Assembly: GCA_951406725.2 (NCBI GenBank)
Contig: OX597815.1
Location: 21,638,001-21,702,000, forward strand
Direction of reading: 5' to 3'
DNA length: 64,000 bases
Origin: Octopus vulgaris
Taxonomy: Eukaryota
Of the stretch, positions 15,072-29,059 are shown in pieces. Every line of letters begins with the position of its first letter. Position 1 is the first letter of the stretch. The translations under genes were made by a program, and so were the position numbers. The notes beneath the pieces were generated by a model. The model did no database searches. It was not told where the DNA came from and was given only the letters and a program-made list of their open reading frames with translations.

Positions 15072-15420
15072 ATTGACAAGGGCTTGGTTAAATAGGAAGG
15101 AGTCTGTCTTCAATCATTTCAGTCTCGTCCATCACATAACTGCTTTCGCCACGAGCACCAATCAGATAAAAACTGTCAACACCTCCCTGCCAAAGTAAGG
15201 CGTAACGATTATCCCAATAGGATCAGATGATGACCAGATTCGTTCCACACGTGGAAGCAAGGTGTTCGACGTAACTTCACACGTCAGTAATTCTCCCGCA
15301 TCGAACAAGTGCATGCAGAACGGCTTTGTTACTGAGCTTATATCTTGAACAGGCTTTGGTTGACGGTATTTCTGTGTCTGTACAGTTTATCTCGAACCAG
15401 ACATTCCTCCACCCCAGTAG
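15072..15420 (-). pseudogene. L1/Tx1-clade LINE ORF2 C-terminal zinc-binding region remnant
   Basis: Reads TKACSRYKLSNKAVLHALVRCGRITDV*SYVEHL ... VAKAVM*WTRLK*LKTDSFLFNQALVN, resembling the Tx1 C-x2-C...H-x3-C...W and AK-x2-IW motifs. Confidence 0.7.
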
Positions 15421-16523
15421 CACTACCAAACTAGGGATTTCCAAAAATTATTTAAGCTCCAGCCTAAAAGTCTTTCGGAACAGATCAACCAGCTGATTGT
15501 AATTGCCACGAAGAAGTTGCAAGCCATCTAGCAGACTGATCAAATTTGGAGTGGTCTTCATATTCTTTGGATCAATAGATCCATCTTTGTTCTTGACCAA
15601 GTTCATTTTTCTTCGATATCGAGCTAACGGTCGCCACAAACTAGCAATCTATTTCTTGTAGCAAATCGATTATCGTATTTTTTCCACTCTCCGTTCAAGT
15701 TAGACCTGAATGAGGGCCAGTTCGTCACGCTTTAGGGGCTTTATAGAACGATCCTTGCTTCCTTCTTGGTTGGAAATCTCATCTCAAACGTGTTACGCCT
15801 TTTTCCTCACATTTTAAAAGTTGGCTTCGTTACTCTTCTTTCACATTTCTATAATTTTTTTTCTGGAAGATTGACTGCTATTTCTAGTAGGTCGAATGAG
15901 GAAGTAGGGGCTCCCTCGTTGGCTTGAAATGTTTTGCTGTTATACTGTATGGGGTTCCAATTAATTCTAGATTGTAATTTGTAATTATAATGTATAAATG
16001 ATATATTTTAATGAAAACCTTTAAGATATAGAGGTGAGAAAATACTTAAGATGATACCTACAAATAACACTTTTCTCCGAATTCTTGGACTATTTTCTGT
16101 CTTATATTTAATATATAAGCGATTTCCTGAAATATAATAAAAGCATTTAAAAACCTATGTAATGTAATACAATATATTATCTTAGTTTATATTTATTGAC
16201 ATCACCTTACATATTTTACCAAACTTCTCACCTGCATTTCTTAAAGGTCTTCTAAAAAATACTTATATCATGTAATTGTTAAAAGTTGTCACATAAAGAC
16301 CAGCAACTGACTATGTAATCATCTTCCTTTAGTAGCAGTAGTTCTACGTCGTCTACCATTAATTTGTAAGTCATGCGACGGGCTACACGTAAATTAGGAA
16401 GGGATAACGTAATCTGCCGAAAATATTCGGCGTTATAATCCCAATATTATTATTATTCGGTTCGATTAAATGTTTTGTGTCTATGAATATGTTAAAACAG
16501 TTAAATATACTTTAATAAAAAGA

Positions 16524-17168
16524 CTAGCTTAAGGTGACCCACTCTACGCGCGAGTGAGGGTGTGGTTGTTACTTTCTGTTGCTTCCTTTCTGTTTCTTAT
16601 CGTCACATTCTCCCTCTTTGTTTCTCTCTCCTTTCTCTCTCACTTTCCCACTCTCGGACTCTCCCTCGCTTTCGCTTACTCTCTATCTCTCTCTATATAT
16701 CTCTCATTTATAAAGAACAAAAGATCTTGAGTAAGTTGTGAAACAGAAAATATTTTGAAAGATCAATCATAAATATCAGGCAGTGACAAAGGAAAGGTCT
16801 GCTTCAAGGCAGACAGCAAAACACTAACATTTAAAAGGGACAGACGAACTTGCAAGCTGAATAAAAATAAAAAAATTTTGGAAACCAAAGTTTGAAGGGA
16901 TGGAATCTGAGGATAGTAGACTCACCATGGCTGGCATTCAAAACTTCTTAACGACAGACAGCAACGTACTGGCAGTTTAACGGCTGGCGCAAAATTTTGA
17001 ACTTGATGTAAAAGTAAATTCCTAAACACCGAGTTTTGAAGTGATTTATTTTTCACGACAGTAGTCCCTGTACATTTTGGCGCCAATCCGACTCCATCTA
17101 GTGCCCCTTAACCCATTCCAATCGCAAAATGAGACAAATTTTTAGCATTTCAGCTTTATAGATATTGA
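16524..17168 (-). mobile_element. Non-autonomous Helitron-like element
   Basis: The minus-strand 5' end TC..TCTATAAAGCTGAA resembles 24219. The 3' end has a CACTC-GCGCGTA-GAGTG hairpin, then CTAG|T at 16524. Confidence 0.65.
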
Positions 17169-18005
17169 TATATTTTCATATATCTTTCTTCTTGGTAGCG
17201 TCGGCAATCCTGGCATAATTTCAACCCAGATAAAAGGATACACAGAATTAAATATTATAACACTTATAAAATCCAATTAACTGCACTGTCTCCAAGATAT
17301 GTTTTGATTGAAATTAATTATTTTTATGGACAAGTTGGGTTTTATTTATTGGTTTCTTTTACGTCATCCGAAGGAACAGCTCTCATTCTGAACCCTTATT
17401 TTAAACGGTTTTGTCTGTACCTTTCCAAGATAATGGAGTCGAAGGGAATAAATGAAGTCTATATTAATTCAAAATTTCATTTCCACTATTTTGACATCCG
17501 GGAAATCTTACACAAGATTGCAAGAACCAGAGTGGGGAAACTAATGTTAGAAAGAGTTAAATTTTCTTTAAAGTTTAGTCTACCACTTTAAAGAAAAGAA
17601 TGCATTGGGTAATGTACTAGATATACAAAAGGACAGACGGGATGGTCATGGCTGGTAAGGCTTTAATTACGTTTCTGCTGAGTTGAAGCTGACTAGCTTA
17701 AACATCAACAATATGAGATCATACTGATTTGTCGCAATACTGAATGCGCTAGAAAAGGAGAAAAACAAAATAAAAATAAAACACAATAAGAAATAGAAAG
17801 AAAAGTAGGAAAGAATGAATAAGACTTGAAAAGTTTTTTTTTTTTAAATATTCAACTGATGCTATTTTGAGTCTCCGCGGTGACCAGATACGTGTTTTAT
17901 AGATTACTTAAGATTTGTGATGGTATATGCCAAGCAATAACTGGCTTCAATTATGCAATGGTTTTTCCATTTAACTAATGTTATCAAAATAGCACTCGGT
18001 GACAC

Positions 18006-18096
<91 letters not shown>

Positions 18097-18332
18097 CACA
18101 CATACATACACAGATACACAGACACACAAACACATATACAAAGACATAGACACACACACACATAACACTATAATATATATATATGTATATATGTGTATAG
18201 ATACATATATATGTATACGGATATATACATACATACACACACACAGACATATATATATATATACATATACATACATGCATACATACATACACACACACAG
18301 ACATATACATACATACATACATACATATATAC

Positions 18333-18395
<63 letters not shown>

Positions 18396-18499
18396 CACAC
18401 ACACATATATATGCATGTACATATGTGTGTATGTGTACAATGAGAATTATATATATGTATACGGATATATACATACATATACATACATACATACATACA

Positions 18500-18531
<32 letters not shown>

Positions 18532-18879
18532 CATACATACATACATACATATATATATATATACATATGTATACACACATACACACACATATGCATGTAC
18601 ATATGTGTGTATGTGTACAATAAGAATTACAAGATAATTTTACTGTAGAGAGATGCATGAATTTTCTATTTATATTCCAATCAAATGATGCAGTAACATG
18701 AAAGTAATATAAAACGTTGCCTGTCATAATTTTAACAACTTTTCAATTTAGTTTCAGGAAAACCATCACAGATTATACACACACATATTGTAGGAAGGGT
18801 GGCATCTTTGATTTTTTTTTTGTCTTTTCGAAAATTCTTTTGCTTATATATCGCCATGTTGATTCGCCAGCTTCTGCAC

Positions 18880-19061
18880 GCATTTTTTTTTCTCTCCTTG
18901 TTTCTTTCTGTGTTTCTTTTCTGTGTATCTTTCTGTTGAAGAGCGTAGGCTCGAAACGTAACAGACTTATTTTATTTATATTCCTGAGCGCCATACTAAT
19001 ACAATTGTTTGTTTATATTCTACCTGCCTTCGTCTTTTGTTTATTTTCATAAAGCTTCCCG

Positions 19062-19063
<2 letters not shown>
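18880..19063 (+). mobile_element. Penelope-like pLTR fragment with degenerate minimal hammerhead core
   Basis: CTGTTGAA-GAGC(GTAG)GCTC-GAAAC-GTA at 18933-18960; ends in (TA)n; related to 29752 and 45585. Confidence 0.65.
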
Positions 19064-19124
<61 letters not shown>

Positions 19125-19128
<4 letters not shown>

Positions 19129-19285
19129 CAGTAAAATTTAGATTCAGATGAATCTGGTACTTAAGTTAAAGGCACCAGAATTTAGTATGGTATTATCCAT
19201 ATAATTCAAAATGGGGTGATTATAATCAAAATTAGCAACAAGGATATCCAGAGGCAATGCAGTACGATCGTTTCATGCGACTCTA

Positions 19286-19290
<5 letters not shown>
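19125..19290 (-). mobile_element. Penelope-like pLTR fragment embedded in (TA)n, carrying half a hammerhead
   Basis: Minus strand GAAA-CGATCG-TA (palindromic stem III) at 19274-19263; the CUGANGA half is missing. Confidence 0.5.
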
Positions 19291-19344
<54 letters not shown>

Positions 19345-19347
<3 letters not shown>

Positions 19348-19760
19348 TTCTATTTTTTATTCTTTTACTTGTTCCAGTCATTTGACTGCGGCCATGCTGG
19401 AGCACTGCCTTTAGTCGAACGAATCGACCCCAGGCTTACTTATTCTTACTTATTCTTTGTAAAGCTAGTACTTATTCTATCGGTTTCTTTTGCCGAACCG
19501 CTAAGTTACAGGAACGTGAACACATCAACATCGGTTGTCAAGTGATGATGGGGACCAACACAGACACACAGACACACACACGCACACACACATATATACA
19601 ACGGGCTTCTTTCAGTTTCCGTCTCCCAAATCCACTCACAAGGTTTTGGTCGGCCCGAGATTATAGCAGAAGACAGTTGCCCAAGGTGCCACGCAGTGGG
19701 ACTGAACCCGCAATCATGTGAATGGGAAGCAAGCTTCTTACTACGCAGCCACGCCTGCGC

Positions 19761-19762
<2 letters not shown>
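19345..19762 (-). mobile_element. SINE family B
   Basis: Homology to family B. Confidence 0.9.
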
Positions 19763-19805
<43 letters not shown>

Positions 19806-20059
19806 GAAACATTGTTGGTTGTCCCTCTCACTTAATAATTAAATTTATTAAACATTTTAAATTTTTATAGCTAGGTACAGACTATATAAGGGGCTTTGAA
19901 AGTCCTGTATTATGGTAAAACTCGAATGAGTTTTTTTAATTGTTGTTAATTTTCCTTTCTGAAGATAATCATTGCTATCACCTGTCCTATCATACATAAC
20001 ATAACATATTTAATTTCAGAGAACACTTTGTTAATGTAATCGTATTTCTACCTACTTGT

Positions 20060-20478
20060 AAGGCGGCGAGCTGGCAGAAACGTTAACACACCGGGCGAAA
20101 TGCGTAGCCGTATTTCGTCTGCCGTAATGTTCTGAGTTCAAATTCCGCCGAGGTCGACTTTGCTTTTCATCCTTTCGGGGGTCGATTAGATAAGTACCAG
20201 CTACGCACTGGGGTCGATATAATCGACTTAATCCGTTTGTCTGTCCTTGTTTGTCCTCTCTGTGTTTAGCCCCTTGTGGGTAGTAAAGAAATAGGTATTT
20301 CGTCTGCCGCTACGTTCTGAGTTCAAATTCCGCCGAGGTCAACTTTGCCTTTCATCCTTTCGGGGTCGATTAAATAAGTACCAGTAACGCACTGGGATCG
20401 ATATAATCGACTTAATCTCTTTGTCTGTCCTTGTTTGTCCACTCTGTGTTTAGCCCCTTGTGGGTAATAAAGAAATAC
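20060..20478 (+). mobile_element. SINE family A head-to-tail dimer
   Basis: A full unit followed by a second unit starting at TATTTCGTCTGCC. Confidence 0.9.
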
Positions 20479-20532
20479 GTATTTCTATCTGCTTGTATTC
20501 TGTTTGTAAAATGCATAGATTAATCCCCCCCC

Positions 20533-20632
<100 letters not shown>

Positions 20633-21356
20633 ACGGATTTCCACTCAGTAGACGTTGTCAACCAAATTTCAATCCAAAAGATTTGGTCGACCCGATGTTA
20701 TGATAGACACTTGCCCAGGAAAATGCCGCACAGTACCATGGAAGTTGAAAAGACATTGTAGCTAAGCGGTTTTCTTAATCATTCAACTTTGCCTTACACT
20801 GATATACTCACACTTCTATTCCAGTCTTATTGCACGTATCTTAGATCGAATGCTAAAATTCCATGGCTGCTATTTAATGTAAAATAACAAATCTAAATAT
20901 CTGTATATTTTCTTCCCTAGAAATTGTTATCATGGCAGTTATTCCAAAATCTCAGAAACAAGTTCCGATGATCTTCTCTATTGCAATACTTATAATACAT
21001 CTTCTTTTATGACCATAAACCTTCTTAATACGTGATTAAATACTTTTACTAGCATCTGGTCAACCACAAATGATTCTATTTCTTTGGTATGATATAATGA
21101 CCTTTGTTTTTAATAACATAATGCCTTGGGGCCTTGCTTAAGACCTACACTACCCTATCTCTACTTTTTCACAAATCATTTCACAGTTTTTTCCTTCATA
21201 ATTTTTCACGAATATCAAGGTACAAGATGGTAGAGCAATTATACAATGCGCTTTACTGTACTAAGTCTCATCCTTCTATGTTCTAAATTCCAGACTTAGA
21301 ATAGAGAAAATGATTATAAATACTTGTAGATATTGAATAATAGACTTACTTGTACT

Positions 21357-21764
21357 TGTGGCGACATTCACCCTGGGCGGGTTGAGTCGGTTTCTTCTAC
21401 TCATGGAAGAAGTTTCGTGGGAATATGTGGATTTCACAAGCGGTCCCCAACAATCCCGCATGTGGAGACATCCTGTTTGCCGCAGATTGTCCGCAGACGC
21501 AGGGACAGAACGATCGACGAGCCGCCGGTTGCCGAAGCAGACACTCCGAGGATTTTCACCAGAGCCCCGTCTGCCGGGTTGTGGCCCTAATACCACTCGG
21601 TGTCAGACCAATCCGCCTTGGGTGGCTCTACCAGGAACCGAAGTTCCCGACGGCATAGCTCTGGCACTACCCGTTGCCAGCGTTCCCACCACGGTGAGGA
21701 AGGGATGGATTTTTACTAATTTTTGAAGAGTGATATAGTCGACTGAATAAACCACATTACTACA
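21357..21764 (+). mobile_element. Probable solo LTR, about 408 bp
   Basis: GC-rich block with sharp boundaries, termini TGTGG...CTACA and AATAAA about 15 bp before the 3' end; no clean TSD. Confidence 0.6.
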
Positions 21765-22191
21765 AGTTGAATATTTACTGATCAGAGACGGTTGCAAACA
21801 ACATCAACTCCAATGAAAGCTGAAGGCAAAATATAAAAGAACGGAGCTAAATCCTAAAAATACAGCAAGTTAGTGTTATACCCTTTGAAATCAATTTACT
21901 GCCCTCTTTTCAGAAATAATGATAATTATATTTATAATTGACAAGCTAATTTATTTTGATATTATTAAAAATATGATCTTGTTATCATTAAAATTAGAAT
22001 AATCGTAGTTATCAAACTGAAAATAAATAATAAAATATTATACGTAAAAAAAGGAAATTATTTTTTCAAAAGTATTTCGATTGTTTTTTTTTTTGTGCAA
22101 TAATTTATATCGCTGTCATTTTTTGATAAATTTCATGCAAGGGAAAGTAGCAGATGCCAATCAATAAGCTTAATCAGTTCATTTCATAGTA

Positions 22192-22267
<76 letters not shown>

Positions 22268-22767
22268 AGCGAGAAAATATTTTTGATGAGATACATATAT
22301 ACATATTTATATATATATAATAGAAGAAAGTTCATTTCAGTTGTTAATTTACTCGAATTGAATTGGTGTCATTCAGGGACAGAAACATTTGACGGAGACA
22401 TACTTTTTTATTCTTCTGTATTCGCCATATCAAGGCCATTACACAAGAAAAAAATGCCAAATGTTCATTGTCAGAAAGCACCAAATATCTCTAAAGACTG
22501 ATTCACTTCATTATTAATAAATGTTAACATTGGTTAACCTTTCCGTCTAACCCAGCGGACTTAACTTACTAAACGACACTTCCATCATTGGTTAATATAA
22601 ATATATTTATTGTGAAGCTGTCTAATGACAGAAACGGTAAAGTGCTGTGCAAAATGCTTTGCAGTATTAAGTTACCTTTATATTCTGAAATCAAATATCG
22701 ATGAGGTCGACTTTCTCTTTGATTCTTCCGGGGTTAATCTACATAAATACTGGGCAAATACTAGGAT

Positions 22768-23200
22768 TGAGTTAAGTTAAGTTAAGTTAATTTTTTGGCT
22801 CAAAAAGCAAAAAGCAAGGCCATGTAGAGGGACATGGAGTTATGTAGAGGGAGGGTGTTCATGCAAAGAGTTCAGGCCATTTCTGGTCAAGAGAGACTTT
22901 GAACCGAGCGGTCGTCGGCATCTTCACTATCACGTCTGGCAGCTTATTCCACGGATCCGCAACCCGGACGGAGAAAGCCCCTCTCCTTCGATTGAGATGA
23001 AATCGTCGCAGATAGAGCTTTTCGGAGTGACCCCGCAGCCGACGCTCTGGAGCAGGAGTGAAGAACAGCTCTTTCGAGAGGTTACACTTTCCCCTTATGA
23101 TGTTGTGAGCGAGAATGAGATCACCACGGCGTCGTCGTTTTTCGAGAGAATAAAAGTCGAGCGTCTTCAGCCTTTCTTCATACCTAACTATATGCCTCAT
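22768..23200 (-). mobile_element. CR1-clade LINE 3' end (ORF2 C-terminus, 3' UTR, (AACTT)n tail)
   Basis: YEERLKTLDFYSLEKRRRRGDLI...RGHSEKL...FSVRVADPWNKLP is a typical CR1 C-terminus. Confidence 0.92.
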
Positions 23201-24218
23201 CCCAAATTTACGACCTTGTGTCTATACTACAAACCAATATTAATATAAATGTAGCTCTCTGTATCTGTATTTTTAGATGGATTTATTTGGAGTTAATGCT
23301 AAAGTCATATTAGTGCTAAGAACAGTGTATGTAATTCTAAGTGGACAGATTTTACTACGAAGTAAAAGCTAACCAATTCAAAGTGAGGTTAATGAGTTCA
23401 AACTGAGATTGTGCCACTTCATAGAGAGAAAATCAATTTCAAAGTGAAATTAATACACATTTATTTAATAGAAAATAGAACAGCAAAATATCATTTGTAT
23501 TGTCAAGAACGTGAACCTCTCTGGTTAATTATAAGATTTCATTTGCCAAGCTGCGAGGCAAGAGCATCACCATATGTTTATAATGCTTTCCTGTTGAGGG
23601 TGTAACTATATTAATGGCACCCAAAGGTAATTTTAATCTCAATGAGTGGCTTTTGTAACACCTGCGGTATTGTTTGCTACATCTGCATGAATGTCACGGA
23701 GGAAAAGTTCAGCTTTTAATGTATATTTTATATACGAGAAACATTCCTTTTTTGAGATTAAGGATGGGCGAATTCGCCGACATACGTTTCACACAACAAT
23801 TATGAATATGTTTGAATGGAAACATCGATCCCGGGGTGAGCGAGTGCAGTATCGAATATGCAAATGTATTCCTCCCTTGAAATTTTCAGGGAAAAGAAGA
23901 AAGTTCTTGAATTATGCCTTATATATGTCAGCATGAAATTCTGTCAAGACCAGTTTGGTTAAGTGAAACACGTCCACTTTGAAGTCAAATGTACTCACTT
24001 ATAATTAGGAATTCCCTATATATATATCGTTGCTGCTTATTTAGGATAGGTTTCTGTGTACTTGTAAGGAATGCACGTCTTTGTTTAAAAATTATCTTTA
24101 TGATTCTTTTAGTAACACTTCCGTTATGTTGCTATTTGGGTCTCTAGAAGTTGTGAACAGTTGTATCTCTCTTTTAGGTACACGATAAGATCCACTAGGA
24201 GGGATGTAGACAATATAA

Positions 24219-24611
24219 TCTCTCTATATATAAAGCTGAAGTTGTCCGTGTATGGCAGGTTTGGTAGCCTTAAACTAACACTACCTCCTCCGAGACCCTG
24301 TGGTGCAAGTTGACCAAAATTGAGAGCATTATAGTAGAAGGCTTGCTTTTCCTTCCGTAGAAGAAAAAATTCTAATCGGACCATGTTAACACCAAAAATT
24401 ATTTACATCAAAAAGGTGCTTTTTTTTCTATGAAAATCCTTATTTTTTACGATGTTTTGATTGCTGTGTCGCCATTTTTCGGTGTATTTCAACCAGAAAA
24501 ATGCTCACTTAAAGAGAATAACAAGCTACATAATGAAAAACTTATACTTTTCAAAAATTCCAATTCTAAAGAGTCGAAACAAACCCGAGCAACGCCGGGC
24601 GATACTGCTAG
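24219..24611 (+). mobile_element. Complete non-autonomous Helitron, about 393 bp
   Basis: A|TC 5' end, subterminal hairpin CCCG-AGCAACGC-CGGG, CTAG|T 3' end, no TSD. Confidence 0.85.
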
Positions 24612-24727
24612 TATTTATTATAAAATTGGAAAAATACATAATCACTTGAGAATTTGCAAACCTCATAACACCAAAACTGTTTGCTTGAAAAGTAACTGCT
24701 TCGCATAGCAATATCCTTGGCATTTTA

Positions 24728-24925
24728 AGGCGGCGAACTGGTAGACTCGTTAGCACGTCAGGCAAAATGCTTAGCGGTATTTTGTCCGTCTTTACGTTTT
24801 CGGTTCAAATTCCGCCGAGGTCGATTTTACCTTTCAGCCTTTCGAAATCGATAAAATAAGTACTAGTCAAGCACTTTTCCTCTACCCCGAACTTACCAGG
24901 CCTTGTGTCCAAATTTAAAACTAAT
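24728..24925 (+). mobile_element. SINE family A variant
   Basis: Homology to the family A head and core. Confidence 0.8.
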
Positions 24926-25343
24926 ATCTTTGGCATTCATATTTTCATAATGTATTATAAATTAGGCCACTAACGCTTTTTAAAGACACCTATTAGTATT
25001 TGTTAGATGTGTCAAAACCATGTCACCCTAAAAAAGCCCCCCAAACAATATAAAGATGTTGAATAACGATGATGACGATGACGGTGATGACAGTACTGAT
25101 GACGACGATGAAAATAATGATAGACATATAATGTTTGGTCTCATATATAGGAGTGATTTCCTCGTAAAATTGGAGAGTGGAGTACTGTGAAGTTAATCTT
25201 AATGCTTTCATTAGTTATTCGAATCATTTGTTTAAGGAAACGTGTATAAACGTAAGGAGATTCTGGGAAGATAATTGAAATCAAGGAATCCCGGCTGAAA
25301 TCTGAGATGTGACAGGGCTTGCAACCTTTTCTATGCACAATGA

Positions 25344-25758
25344 TACTCTTTTACTCTTTTACTTGTTTCAGTCATGTGACTGTGGTCATGCTGGAGCACC
25401 GCCTTTAGTCGATCAAATCGACCCCAGGACTTATTCTTTGTAAGCCTAGTACTTATTTTATCGGTCTCTTTTTTTGCCGAACCGCTAAGTTACGGGGATG
25501 TAAACATACCAGCATCGATTGTCAAGCGATGTTTGGGAGGGGGGACAAACACAGACAAACACGCACACACATACATATATATACATATATATACGACGGG
25601 CTTCTTTCAGTTTCCGTCTACCAAATTCACTCACAAGGCTTTGGTCGGCCCGAGGCTATAGTAGAAGACACTTACCCAAGGTGCCACGCAGTGGGACTGA
25701 ACCCGGAACCATGTGGTTCGTAAGCAAGCTACTTACCACACAGCCACTCCTACGCCTA
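25344..25758 (-). mobile_element. SINE family B
   Basis: Homology to family B. Confidence 0.92.
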
Positions 25759-26136
25759 TTCTCTTTTTTAATGGTCATCTTAAGTGGCACGTAAATTGTT
25801 TCCGTTTTGACTATATAGCTGTAATTCTAGTTGTATTCCATGAGATATGTGCATTACTTTTTAAATATAATACTGAGCGGGAGCTAAGAGTGACTTCTGC
25901 GTGTTTTGAGGTTTTCCGTTTTGGTTGTATGAAGAATACAAAGAGACGTTATATAAGAAGATGGTTCTTGCCCCCCCCCCCCCGCTAAGCAGTCTCAGAG
26001 GGTTAGAGGTAGGCCACATTTGCAATCAAGAATGCTGAGCATAGAACTGTTAGAGTTCTGATATGCAGTTAACTAGAAACATCAGCGAATTTGTGGATCA
26101 GTGTTGCATAGTTAGGACAATCTAGAAATGAGTTGT

Positions 26137-26352
26137 CTAAATTGTGCAGTGGACAGAGAGTGAGATAGTGATGGTTGGTAATGACTGGAACTGGTTAAGA
26201 GCCAATAGGGTTTCGAAAGTGTGCGTATTCGTAAAGGTAAATGAAGATTGTACTGAAGCAGAAGATTTCATATTACTCTGATGATTTCGAAACTCGGAAG
26301 AGACACGACTAGTCTTGTCAGTGCTATCATCTGAACCAACATTCATAAATGC
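26137..26352 (-). pseudogene. Exon-like segment paralogous to 28681-28806; product unknown
   Basis: NVGSDDSTDKTSRVSSEFRNHQSNMKS aligns without gaps to NVGSGDNTDKTSRVPSEIRNYQSNLKS. Confidence 0.35.
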
Positions 26353-26446
26353 TTGCTCACATATGAAAATTGTTTAATTTAATATTACAGCTTTTGATTA
26401 AAATACTGGCGTGCATTACATTTACAATGTGCATACAAATGTGGAA

Positions 26447-26637
26447 CGTGGAATAAGCTGCCAGACGAGATAGTGAAGATGCCGACGACCGCTCGGTTCA
26501 AAGTCTCTCTTGACCAGAAATGGCCTGAACTCTTTGTATGACCACCCTCCCTGTACATAACTCCCTGTCCCCCTACATGGCCTTGCTTTTGCTTTTTGAG
26601 CCAATAAAAACTGAACTGAATTGAATTGAATTGAACT
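26447..26637 (+). mobile_element. CR1 3' end, same family as 22768-23200, with (AAYTG)n tail
   Basis: WNKLPDEIVKMPTTARFKVSLDQKWPELFV* plus the matching 3' UTR. Confidence 0.9.
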
Positions 26638-26767
26638 GTAATAATTTGTCTAAGAGAAACTTCTCAAAGACGCCTGTGTGTTAAAAACTCTGGACTTTTT
26701 TTTTGGAAAGTGGCGATTTTAAGATATAACTCTCATTGAGAAGTTTCTCCGACACAAAATATTACAG
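26636..26767. mobile_element. MITE-like element with about 32-bp imperfect TIRs
   Basis: CTGTAATAATTTGTCTAAGAGAAACTTCTCAA ... TTGAGAAGTTTCTCCGACACAAAATATTACAG. Confidence 0.65.
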
Positions 26768-27247
26768 CTAGAGATTATCTACGTTTGCACGCGCTTTATA
26801 AATGTTATACACACTGGTGTTACAAAATATTATGATCGCCGGCAAATTATTATGAGGTCTGGCAGAACCAAGAAGTGTTGCATGCATTCTTGAATGCATA
26901 TAATTCCTCGTCGAGGATCATTGATCAGAAACACAAGGATGATCTCCCCAGCAGCCTAACATTTATTTTCCATGAAGTATTATTATTTTTCTTTATGTTA
27001 TTGATTTCATTTACTCCATCGTAAAATCTAATTAATTACTCGCCAACATTTCATCGCTTGTCTGAAATAATTTGCAAAGACAAATTAACCACACCGAATG
27101 AAAAGTTCGCTGCAGAATACGAATGAGTAAAATTAGAAAATATTGCAGATGTATGTATGTATGTATGTATGTATGTATGTATGTATGTATGTATGTATGT
27201 ATGTATGTATGTATGTATGTATGTATGTATGAATGTCTGGTTGTCTT

Positions 27248-27331
<84 letters not shown>

Positions 27332-27354
27332 ACGCATATATATATATGTCTGTG

Positions 27355-27440
<86 letters not shown>

Positions 27441-27465
27441 AACAATTACGTCATGCAAGAGCCAC

Positions 27466-27900
27466 TTAAGTAATCTAAAAATGGTTTTTCCCTGCTGTAA
27501 TTGCTTCATTGTCAACAGTTTCACATCGAGTTACTTTCTAGACAAGTACAAATTTGCAAAACATACATACATACACACATACATAAATATATTTGTGTAT
27601 ACATGTGTACATATACGTACACAAATATATGTACATTTTTAGATGTATCTGTATATATACATAAATATATCATATATACACATTTAAGTAATCTAAAAAT
27701 GGTATTTTCCTATGTAATTGCTTCATTGTCAACAGTTTCACATCGAGTTACTTTCTAGACAAGTACAAATTTACAAAACATACATACATACACACATACA
27801 TAAATATATTTATGTATACATGTGTACATATACGTACACATATACATATGTAAGCTTTAGATGTATCTGTATATATACATAAATATATATATTATATATA
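27466..27900. repeat. Tandem duplication with about 218-bp unit, inside a microsatellite field
   Basis: TTAAGTAATCTAAAAATGG...CATCGAGTTACTTTCTAGACAAGTACAAATTT...TTTAGATGTATCTG at about 27466 and 27684. Confidence 0.9.
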
Positions 27901-27921
27901 CATACATATATACATATGTAT

Positions 27922-27954
<33 letters not shown>

Positions 27955-28118
27955 ATACATATATACATATACATATATACATATATATATATGCATATAT
28001 ACATATATATATATATACATATATACATATATATATGTACATATATACATATATACACACATATATATACATTCATATATATATACACACATATATATAT
28101 ATATATATATATACATAC

Positions 28119-28152
<34 letters not shown>

Positions 28153-28201
28153 ATATATACATACATTATATATATACATACATATATATATATATACATA
28201 C

Positions 28202-28266
<65 letters not shown>

Positions 28267-28680
28267 CATCTACATACATATATACATATTGTATCTGTCT
28301 GTCTGTCTATCTATTCTTAGAATTCACAGTTTGTATTGAATGTTATTTGGATCAAACGAACACTGCCTTCTCATTTTATTCTATCTCCCATACATTCTGT
28401 TTGTTAAGATTTCGCATGGAGTGTTGGTTCGAGCACTCGTTTGGATTTTATAACACCACACACATTCTCAACACACTCACACACACAAATACACACAAGT
28501 CTCTCTCTCTTTTTCTCTCTCTTTTATATGTACACATACGTACATTCATGTATGTATGTGTGTATGCATGTACGTATGTATAAATGTAGGTATGTACATT
28601 CGGCTAGGAGAACCTCGATCTAATGTTAAGTACTCAATAACATATGCTAGATATATGTTTATTCAGATAATAGCACTTAC

Positions 28681-28806
28681 TAAACTTTTGTGTTTCTTTC
28701 GACTTCCGAAATCGTCAGATTTCAAATTACTTTGATAATTTCGAATCTCAGAAGGAACACGACTAGTCTTGTCAGTGTTATCACCAGAGCCGACATTCGT
28801 ACGTAC
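28681..28806 (-). CDS. Candidate 126-nt phase-0 internal exon of an unknown gene
   Basis: TAG|VRTNVGSGDNTDKTSRVPSEIRNYQSNLKSDDFGSRKKHKSL|GTAAGT: open frame, consensus donor, weak acceptor. Confidence 0.35.
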
Positions 28807-29059
28807 CTACTCACAATCAAAAATAATTACACCCATACGCCACCCACATATATACTGGTTTGATTGAGGTTTCAATTTTTATTTCTTGCAGTTTATTCAG
28901 TCAGTATGACTGAATAAGCCGTAAGAAGCGTATTTTGAAACACCGCAAAATCTCACACGTGTTGTACATTTCATTCAACTAAAAGTATTGTGTACCTTTA
29001 TCACTAAATATTTATTGCTAATTATATAATGAAGTTAGTGTTCATATTCTTTTCTCTTA

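Noticed and set aside
21276-21797. Overlapping GC-rich ORFs on both strands
   Set aside because: No recognisable domain; the open frames reflect the GC content of the LTR-like block.
26278-26300. CTGATGA-TTTC-GAAAC hammerhead-like string (and a minus-strand one at 28697-28718)
   Set aside because: No stems I or III, not conserved between the two paralogous segments, and better explained by the exon-like reading.
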